Shown: one piece after another, positions 56,882 to 64,000 of the stretch
How positions within the stretch are numbered: the stretch's first letter is position 1
How the letters are laid out: each line of letters starts with the position of its first letter
Source of the DNA: Prevotella sp.
GTDB taxonomy: Bacteria; Bacteroidota; Bacteroidia; Bacteroidales; Bacteroidaceae
Length of the DNA stretch: 64,000 bases
NCBI GenBank assembly: GCA_017402445.1
Contig: JAFPME010000033.1
Location: 3,379-67,378 of the forward strand
Direction: 5' to 3'
The notes under the pieces: model-generated
The model's database searches: none
What the model was told of the DNA's origin: nothing
What the model saw: the letters and a program-made list of their open reading frames with translations, nothing else
Translations under genes and position numbers: made by a program

Positions 56882-59800
56882 TATTGTTTATTGGCGTCGT
56901 CACCCTCATCGCCCTCTTTCGGCCGGACACGCACAGAATCGGCTGTGGCAGCTCTCGGCAGCGGCAGTCTGTCGTCGTCAGTCCTGAAAGTGAAGATGTC
57001 CTTGAAGTGCTGCAGCGTGCGGCGCCAGATGAAGCCGCCGCCGTACAGCTGCGTATATCCCTCCAGCCAATCATAGGCATTGTTGTCGAAGAACAGCTTC
57101 ACGTACTTGTTGGCCGTGTCGTCAAGACGGTATTCCAGCGACACATTGTCGAAGAACGACTGTTTGCCGTACACCTCCGTTCCCGTGGACACCTTTCCTC
57201 CGATGGAGAACTTCACGCGGTTGTTCCAGAAACGCTTGGCGAACTTGAACGAATAGTCTGTGTGCATGACGCCGGAAGCGTCGGTGGCATTGTCAAGTCC
57301 GATGCTGAGGTCGAGCGTCCGCAGCGCATTTCCCGTGATGTTGTTGATTTCGTTCTCCAAGAACGAGCTCAGCGCACCATTCATGGAGAAGCCGTTCGTG
57401 TTTCCGTCGGCCAGATACATGCCCGTGGTGAGCATCGTCACGGCCAGTTTTCCGCGCTGTTCCTTCGACATGCTCTGCAGCTCGCTGTGCAGCTGCATGT
57501 CCTGCGGCGCATCGAGCGTGAACTCCAGTCCCATGTCGTTCAGCGTTTTCGTGATGATGACGCCGCACTCGAAGTCTACGCCGCGCCCCACTCCACTGCT
57601 GTTCGACACCGTGGCTTTCTTTTGTTCGGTGGCCGTGATGTTCAGGCGCGGGTTCATGACGTCGCCCGTGAACTCAATGTAGCTACCGTCCTGAATGGTG
57701 AACGTCTTCAGCGGTATGATGGGCAGCGAGTATTTCATCTCGCCGTTGGCCAGCGTATAGCGTCCGGTCAGGCGCAGATCGGTCACATTATTATATTGCA
57801 TGCGCAGCGTACCACCGCCCATCAGGTCGATGTAGTTCGTGTGGTCGCTGTTCAGATAGGCCATTACGTGCGCACCTTTCGCCACGTCCACGGTCAGGTT
57901 CATGTTGAAACCGTTCAGCGGCGGCCGCTCTACGACCATCTGCGTCGTGTCGCTGAAGTCGGTGAACTTCACCAGTTCGTCCAACTGGTTGTCGGTGGTC
58001 AGCGGAGAGTCGCGCAACACGTACGACATGTCCGTCGTTCCGAGCACATCGAGGCGTCCCCTCAGGCTGAGGTTCTCCAGCTGTCCCGACAGAAGCCCGA
58101 AGAAATTGACGAAAGCTTTTCCGAAAGCCACGCTGCGCGCATTTTCCTTCGCGTTGATGAGCTCATAGTTGTCGGCGCGAAGTCTCACTTCCATCCTGAT
58201 GCGGTCCAAGTCCGAGAAGTTCACATTGCCGTTGAGTACCAGCGGATTCTTGCCCGTAGAGTACATGTTGAAATCCTCCAGCAGCAGGTTGCTGCCCACA
58301 ATGCGGATCGGCTGGTCGCTGAAACGGAGGTTCAGACCGTAGGGAACGCTGACCATGTAGCACGAATCGAGCACCAAGTCGCCGTTCACACGCGGCTTCC
58401 CCAGCGGGCCCTTCACGTCGAGCTCGCCCTCGCCGTAGCCCTGCAGGCCCATCAGCTGGTCGGGAATGAAGCCGTTGACGAGCCCCATGGGCAGGTGTGT
58501 CAGCTTCAGCTTCGCATCCAGATTGCCTTCACCCTTGCCGTTGTAGGTTCCTACCACCGAGCCCACTTCGTCGCCGGCCACGGTCAGAATGCCGTCAACG
58601 TAGTGCGAACCGTCCTCTTCAGGCATGTAGACGAAGTCGGTGCCGACGTTCCCCATCTGCGTGCCCTCATAGACCAGTCCGTTCACTTCCATCGACGACG
58701 ACACGGTGGTCCGTCCTTCCTCCTTCACGAAGTGGTAGTCACCGTCGACCAGTCCTTCGATGCGCGGGAAATAGGGAATGACCGAGCTGATTTCTGCCAG
58801 GTTGAACTTGTTCAGCGACAGCGTCAGGTCCTGCAACGCGTCCTCGTTGTCGTCGTCCGAGAACACTTTCAGACCCGTTCCGTCGTCGGCCAGGATGTGC
58901 AGCTGCGCCGAAATGCGCTTGTTGTCGGCCAGGAACACGTAGTTGTCCTCGTTGATGTGCGCCTTGCGGTAGGCTATGACGGCATCGTCGGAGAGCATGT
59001 GCAGGCGGATGCCGTTGGCTTCCATCGCAGCCTCGGCGCCGAGCCGCAGACCCAGCTTCTCCTGTTCGTCGTAGTAGCTCAGCTTCAAACCGGCACCGCG
59101 TTCGAGCAGATAGCCGTCGAAGAGCGTGTTGAAGACGAACTGCGGATTCTTCTTGTTGTTGCGCACTTGCCCGTTGAAGGTGATGTTCGTGCTGTCCGAC
59201 ACAAAGTTCAGACGCAGCGTGTCGATGAGCATGCTGTCCTTCATCAGGCTGAGCAGCTCAGTGCGGCCGTTCAGACCGTCGACGGGCGACGCCGACAGGT
59301 CCACGTCGGCAGCGTCGAAGGTGAAGCCTTCGCGCTGCAACATACGGCTGAAGACATTGTCGTCGCCGCTCTGGAGCCGGATGCGCGCGTAGGGGAACAG
59401 GCGTCGCAGGGCCATCTGGTCAATCCGCTTCTCCTCCAACTGCGTCTTCACCTCGGCCCCCAGCCTGTTGCCCAGCTTCATCAGATCCTTATAGCCGCCC
59501 GAGGCATCCATGTCCAGCTTGAAGTCGCCCGTGGAGACCACGGCGTGCGTGGTGTCGCGGCGCGTCAGCACGTCGAGCACGATGTCGTCGGGGATGTAGC
59601 TTTCCTTCGTTCCGGCGAGCCGTATGCTGCTGGCCAGGCCCTTCACCTGGTAGAAGTCCTTCATGTCGGTCTGCACGTCCACGTGTCCGTTCAGCGAGAC
59701 GGTCATGGGTTCGTCCGTCAGATGCAGGTTGAAGAGGTCGGCATGGCCCAGACGAGTACTCACCGTGGCCTCTATGTTTTTCGTGTCCATCAGTGCGTCC

Positions 59801-61533
59801 ACGCTGATGTCGCCCTTCAGCAGTGCGTTGTCGGCCACGATGTCGGCAGCCACGCGGCCGTTGCTGACCGTAGCCTTGCCCGACATGTTGTCCAGTCGAT
59901 ACTGTCCGTAGCTGAACTGCGAGATGTCCGCCTGCGCTTCCACCCTTGTCTTGGACGAGAACAGGTCCGTGCCTGCCCCCTTCAAGCGCACGCTTCCCGT
60001 GAACGTTCCGAGGTCCGAGCCGGGCAGGAAGTGTTGCAACTGCATGTTGCGGGCCTCTACGTCGGCGTCGTAGCGCATGCCGCCGCGCGTGTCGAGGTCT
60101 GCTTTCAGCTTCACGCGGCCCTGCCCTTCGGTTGCCACCATGTCGGCCTTGTACTGCTCACCGTCCATCACGAGGTTGCCCTTCAGTCCGATTCCCTTTG
60201 GAATGCGGATGCCGTCGAGCGTCTTCGGCGGCACCAGGGCCGACAGGAAGTCAATGTCCTGCGCCTTCGCATCGACGTCGATGTTGGCGCGCAGCCGCTC
60301 CGTGTCGCTCAGATTCGCCAGCGAACCCTTAGCGTTCACGTTGAAGGCACCGGGCAGACGCGCATTCAGGCCGGCGAACTCCATGCGCTCCAAGTTTCCC
60401 GACAGCACGGTTTTCACCGTCAGCGGCTGGTTGGGCCAACGGCGGATGAAGTCGGAAGGCATTCCGCCGAGGAAGCGCATGATGTCCTGTTTGCCGAATG
60501 TGCCGTCGGCACGCAGGTGCACCTTGCCCGGTACGCTGTCGCTGAACGCGTCCTGGTCCATCACGAAGTGCGCGTCCAACGAGCTTTCAGGCGTCCGAAG
60601 CCTGATGTCGGGCAGGTAGAGCCGCGTGCTGTCCATGGCGATGCGACCGCTCAGGCTGTCCACCTGCAGGCCGCTCTTCTCCTTGAGCGAAGCCGAACGC
60701 ACCTGCAGCTCCAGCTTGGAAGCGTTATAGCACAGGGAATCTACGCCGAGGTGAATGTCGCTCAGCGCCAGGTGGTTATAGTCAAGTCCTTCAACTTTTT
60801 TTTCATATCGGTCGTTGTACGACAGCGCTCCGTTGTTCCAGTCCAGCTTTCGTATCTTGTAGTCGCCCTTTCCGAGGTCGAACGTACCGCCCTGGGCAAC
60901 CGTGTTCCCCAAATAGGCTGCCACCTGAAGCGTGTCGCCTGGCAGGTGAACGGTCACGTGGCTGCGCTCCACTTTCAGCTTGTCGACCATGATTTTCCAT
61001 TTGTTCGTGCTCTCCGTTGTGTCCGGCGGCACCGAATCGGGCAGGACGACGCGCACGTTCGCGTCGGAAAGCAGGGCATCGTCCAGCCGAAGCGTCTCGC
61101 CCTTCAGGTCGATGCCGTGACTCTGCAGGCTCAGTCGGCCCACCGTTCCCTTCACCCATGCGTCGGCCACGAAGTCGCTCGTGTTGAATGTCACGCCCTG
61201 AAGGTCCAGTTGGTCCACTTCCACCCGGTTGCTGAACAGCGGTTTCAGCTGAACGTCCACGACGGCTTTCGTCACCATGGCCACCGTGTCCCGATGAAGC
61301 GTCAGCGAATCGGACTTCAGCACTTTCACTCCTTCCATCCCCAAGCGCAGGGGGAACTCCAGCCGGACGCGTTCCACGCTGATGTCCATTCCCGTCTTTT
61401 CAGAAGCCACACGAGCCACCTGCTTCACGGCCCAGTTCTGAACCGGAGGCACGTAGAGCAGCACGGCCAACAAGCCGACCAACAGCACCACCGTCAGCAG
61501 TGCCCATCCTGTCCACTTGAGTATTTTCTTCAT
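56881..61533 (-). CDS. tamB: Translocation and assembly module TamB
   Basis: N-terminal anchor ...LYVPPVQNW, long beta-rich body, DUF490-like C-terminus (NP.LNI.A); TATCTTTG box at 61556-61563. Confidence 0.88.
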   Translation of the reverse strand: MKKILKWTGWALLTVVLLVGLLAVLLYVPPVQNWAVKQVARVASEKTGMDISVERVRLEFPLRLGMEGVKVLKSDSLTLHRDTVAMVTKAVVDVQLKPLFSNRVEVDQLDLQGVTFNTSDFVADAWVKGTVGRLSLQSHGIDLKGETLRLDDALLSDANVRVVLPDSVPPDTTESTNKWKIMVDKLKVERSHVTVHLPGDTLQVAAYLGNTVAQGGTFDLGKGDYKIRKLDWNNGALSYNDRYEKKVEGLDYNHLALSDIHLGVDSLCYNASKLELQVRSASLKEKSGLQVDSLSGRIAMDSTRLYLPDIRLRTPESSLDAHFVMDQDAFSDSVPGKVHLRADGTFGKQDIMRFLGGMPSDFIRRWPNQPLTVKTVLSGNLERMEFAGLNARLPGAFNVNAKGSLANLSDTERLRANIDVDAKAQDIDFLSALVPPKTLDGIRIPKGIGLKGNLVMDGEQYKADMVATEGQGRVKLKADLDTRGGMRYDADVEARNMQLQHFLPGSDLGTFTGSVRLKGAGTDLFSSKTRVEAQADISQFSYGQYRLDNMSGKATVSNGRVAADIVADNALLKGDISVDALMDTKNIEATVSTRLGHADLFNLHLTDEPMTVSLNGHVDVQTDMKDFYQVKGLASSIRLAGTKESYIPDDIVLDVLTRRDTTHAVVSTGDFKLDMDASGGYKDLMKLGNRLGAEVKTQLEEKRIDQMALRRLFPYARIRLQSGDDNVFSRMLQREGFTFDAADVDLSASPVDGLNGRTELLSLMKDSMLIDTLRLNFVSDSTNITFNGQVRNNKKNPQFVFNTLFDGYLLERGAGLKLSYYDEQEKLGLRLGAEAAMEANGIRLHMLSDDAVIAYRKAHINEDNYVFLADNKRISAQLHILADDGTGLKVFSDDDNEDALQDLTLSLNKFNLAEISSVIPYFPRIEGLVDGDYHFVKEEGRTTVSSSMEVNGLVYEGTQMGNVGTDFVYMPEEDGSHYVDGILTVAGDEVGSVVGTYNGKGEGNLDAKLKLTHLPMGLVNGFIPDQLMGLQGYGEGELDVKGPLGKPRVNGDLVLDSCYMVSVPYGLNLRFSDQPIRIVGSNLLLEDFNMYSTGKNPLVLNGNVNFSDLDRIRMEVRLRADNYELINAKENARSVAFGKAFVNFFGLLSGQLENLSLRGRLDVLGTTDMSYVLRDSPLTTDNQLDELVKFTDFSDTTQMVVERPPLNGFNMNLTVDVAKGAHVMAYLNSDHTNYIDLMGGGTLRMQYNNVTDLRLTGRYTLANGEMKYSLPIIPLKTFTIQDGSYIEFTGDVMNPRLNITATEQKKATVSNSSGVGRGVDFECGVIITKTLNDMGLEFTLDAPQDMQLHSELQSMSKEQRGKLAVTMLTTGMYLADGNTNGFSMNGALSSFLENEINNITGNALRTLDLSIGLDNATDASGVMHTDYSFKFAKRFWNNRVKFSIGGKVSTGTEVYGKQSFFDNVSLEYRLDDTANKYVKLFFDNNAYDWLEGYTQLYGGGFIWRRTLQHFKDIFTFRTDDDRLPLPRAATADSVRVRPKEGDEGDDANKQ

Positions 61534-61626
61534 CAGCGACCAAGTTTTCCGCATGCAAAGATAGTGCAAATCGAACACAATACAAAACGAAAAAGCATCG
61601 TTTTTTCACTTCCTCCACATCTCTTG

Positions 61627-62002
61627 CTGAAAAAAAACTGACAAAAACCTCAAAAAAGCCGTCTGTGAAGGCCATCATTCTAAAATAAAAATCCGACGGA
61701 CGCGTACGCGCGAAATATGAGGAAGTCGCAAGTGACTGAAAACAAAGCGCTTGTATTTTCTTTACATTTTAAAGGCTTTCAAAATGGCCCATTTTACACA
61801 TCAAAACGGCCCTTTCTGTCGCTCAAAATGAATCGTTTTGGCGAGCAGAATGGACCGTTTTGCGATGTAAAATGGCTCGTTTTGAAAAAAGCGATGGCTT
61901 TTCTTCCGATTTTGTTCAGTCTTTTTACCGAATCTGAAGCTTTCGCTCTTCTAAAACGACAAAAAAATCTTGCCGTTTTTTTTGGTATTTTTTGTTGACA
62001 AC
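61627..62002 (-). repeat. Dispersed ~375-bp composite repeat, copy D
   Basis: Boxes at 61780, 61802, 61824, 61846, 61868; conserved tail at 61627-61779. Confidence 0.9.
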
Positions 62003-62096
62003 TGCAACCGTGCCTGCCAACCGAAAGGGCTCCGATGGCACAGCACAGGAAGGACTCATTCAGCAAAACACGTGCGGCTCTGAACGGAAACAGGCC

Positions 62097-62846
62097 TCAC
62101 CGATACTCGAAATGCGGTATCGGCTTCAGCTTGAAGAGGTTCTTGCGGTGCTTGTCGTCGATGAGTGCCTTCACCTGCGGGTCGTCACACTCGCCGGTAC
62201 GGATATAGCGGTCGAGCACGGCATACGTGAAACCGAGGTTGTCTTCGTCCGATTTGCCTGTCAGACCGTCGGAAGGTGTCTTCTCGACAAGACAGACGGG
62301 CAGCCCCATTTCCTTACCGATGGCAACGACCTCGGCCACGGTCAGTCCGCCCAAGGGTGCGAAGTCGCCGGCAGCATCGCCGTAGCGCGTGGAGTAGCCC
62401 ACCCAGTCTTCCGACAGATTGCAGGTGTTCGCCACGCGGCCGTTCATCGACTGCGACACGGCGTAGACAGCCGTCATGCGCAGACGCGGCGGCATGTTGA
62501 TCACCGTCTGTCGGCTCACCTCCTTGCCGAGGGTGGCCAGCTGCTCCTCAACGGCAGTCATCAGCGCGTTATAGGTCTCGCCGATGTTCACGCAGCAGTA
62601 CCTGATGCCAAGATGATTGATCAGCCGCATGCTATCGTCGATGTCGGGTTGAACGCCATTAGGCATCGTCACGCCGATGACGCGGTCCTTGCCCAGCGCC
62701 TCGACACACAGCGCAGCCACCACGCTGCTGTCCTTACCGCCCGAAACGCCTAAAACGGCATTGCAACCGGGCCCGTTCTCCTCGAACCAGTCGCGGATCC
62801 ACTGTACGACCTGGTCCTTCACTTCTTTTGCATTGAATGTGTTCAT
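62097..62846 (-). CDS. nadE: NH3-dependent NAD+ synthetase (single domain)
   Basis: GVSGGKDSS, N.PPRLRM, TCNLSEDWVGYSTRYGD, KTPSDGL...DEDNLG, HRKN.FK; 249 aa, no glutaminase domain. Confidence 0.92.
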   Translation of the reverse strand: MNTFNAKEVKDQVVQWIRDWFEENGPGCNAVLGVSGGKDSSVVAALCVEALGKDRVIGVTMPNGVQPDIDDSMRLINHLGIRYCCVNIGETYNALMTAVEEQLATLGKEVSRQTVINMPPRLRMTAVYAVSQSMNGRVANTCNLSEDWVGYSTRYGDAAGDFAPLGGLTVAEVVAIGKEMGLPVCLVEKTPSDGLTGKSDEDNLGFTYAVLDRYIRTGECDDPQVKALIDDKHRKNLFKLKPIPHFEYR

Positions 62847-63132
62847 GATTCTATGTTCTACGTAATTTCCTTTATGCCTCGTGCCATCATTCGGCTGCAA
62901 ATATAAGAATTTATATTCATTCCACCATCATTTTGCAGGAAAAAACGCGCGCCGGATTTCAATCTCAGCGCGTGCGTGTTTCTACAAGGAGGAGCTTTTC
63001 AGAAGAAAAAGATTTTTATGTGTGCAGGAGTTAAGCTTATCATCTAAATGAGTTGCTATGTCACAGGCTCGGTCGGAATACAGGGATTATTGAACGTAAA
63101 AAAAAATATGAACGATTCTGTAATTGCTACAT

Positions 63133-63540
63133 TCACTTTTTTGATGGTTCAACAATAGGGTCAGTTTGCCAGCTGGACTTGTTTGGCTTGCGCTTGTGCG
63201 ATGCAAGGATGGCAGCGTTCTGCTCCTCATCAGTCAAAGGAATGGGATTCTTGCGGTTTGCCTCCAGCCACTTGTCAATCTCATCAAGGTAGATGACCCA
63301 TCGCTTGCCTGGCTTGGAGCCGGGGATTTCCCTGTTTGCGAGTTTCTGATAGATGGTCGCAAGGGGAATGTTGGTGTACTCGGCAACCTGCTCTGGCGTG
63401 ACAGGGCGGTGTCTGTTCTCTCTCTGCTGAGTTGGTCTGTTCTGAAGGTTCAGCAGTAACGCCTTCATGCCCGATACTTCATCCCGAAGTTCGGCGATGA
63501 CCTGCGGAAGGTCATTGAACGTGATTTGATCTTTTGACAT
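63133..63540 (-). CDS. Excisionase-like HTH protein of an integrative element
   Basis: ITFNDLP..I..L..EV coiled N-terminus, VAEYTNIPLATIY...EIPGSKPGKRW...EIDKWL (HTH_17/Xis type). Confidence 0.85.
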   Translation of the reverse strand: MSKDQITFNDLPQVIAELRDEVSGMKALLLNLQNRPTQQRENRHRPVTPEQVAEYTNIPLATIYQKLANREIPGSKPGKRWVIYLDEIDKWLEANRKNPIPLTDEEQNAAILASHKRKPNKSSWQTDPIVEPSKK

Positions 63541-63883
63541 TTTACAACACGACCCTTTAGTGGAATCGTGCTGCAAAGGAACCCCGTTACGAATCGGAGG
63601 GCAAGCCACTGTTTTATAACTGGTGCGTCACGAAACAATCACGCAGTAGAGCCTCATTTTTGGCTGTTATTCGTGGATAAAACGAGATTTTGAAGCGTCA
63701 TTTTGACAACATTGAACATGTAAGTATAATGAATGACAATTGGGATTTCGGCTGTTTTTGGGGGGTAAGATTTCAGCGTAAAAGAGCATAGGCACATCAG
63801 GACCACACCAAAGTTTGGCTTCTGATGTGGCTCCAATATGTGATGTCTAAGTATTGATATAGGAGAGGTGAGAAAGATTATCT

Positions 63884-64000
63884 TCAGTCTTTCTCCACGC
63901 CCAGTTGTGATGGAATATGGAATAACAGTCCGTCTGCACCCTGGATGTCACAATGTATCTGGTCGCTGTTGGATGTGACTGTCAAGTTCCTGAGTGTGCT
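63884..64000 (-). CDS. C-terminus of a hypothetical protein entering from the right edge
   Basis: Open frame STLRNLTVTSNSDQIHCDIQGADGLLFHIPSQLGVEKD* ending at TGA 63884-63886, upstream of xis. Confidence 0.45.
   Translation of the reverse strand, partial: STLRNLTVTSNSDQIHCDIQGADGLLFHIPSQLGVEKD

Larger units (their letters stand above)
63050..64000 (-). mobile_element. Edge of a degenerate integrative (mobilizable-transposon-like) element continuing beyond the window
   Basis: Xis-like gene, more AT-rich sequence and a further minus-strand CDS entering from the right. No integrase or att site is visible here; the left boundary is approximate. Confidence 0.55.

Noticed and set aside
56884-61641. 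1585-aa ORF antisense to tamB (and similar shadows over ftsK, glmM, MBOAT and susC)
   Set aside because: It mirrors the real gene codon for codon, explained by avoidance of TTA/CTA/TCA codons in GC3-rich genes; no recognisable motifs.

Overview
Chromosomal window from a Bacteroidales genome, most likely Prevotellaceae (inferred from gene content and repeated TTTG-N19-TAnnTTTG promoters). It carries housekeeping genes (EF-G paralog, hemW, ftsK-lolA, rlmI, tilS, tRNA-Lys, glmM, tamB/tamA-like, nadE), a methylmalonyl-CoA mutase and Na+-decarboxylase cluster whose large mutase subunit has a 1-bp frameshift, a compact LacI-associated xyloglucan-type PUL (SusC, SusD, SGBP, GH5, GH31), an MBOAT/SGNH O-acetylation cluster, a collapsed accessory operon near 2.1-3.5 kb, and the decayed edge of an integrative element at the right end. 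The most striking unexplained structure is a ~375-bp non-coding element present four times (about 11.8, 32.4, 45.7 and 61.6 kb). Each copy has exactly five 17-bp palindromes at an exact 22-bp period, an IHF-like imperfect inverted repeat and a GC palindrome. Other leads are a candidate sRNA divergent from lacI and LacI-type operators about 28 kb away from the PUL. All functional calls come from motif recognition by eye; no searches were run.
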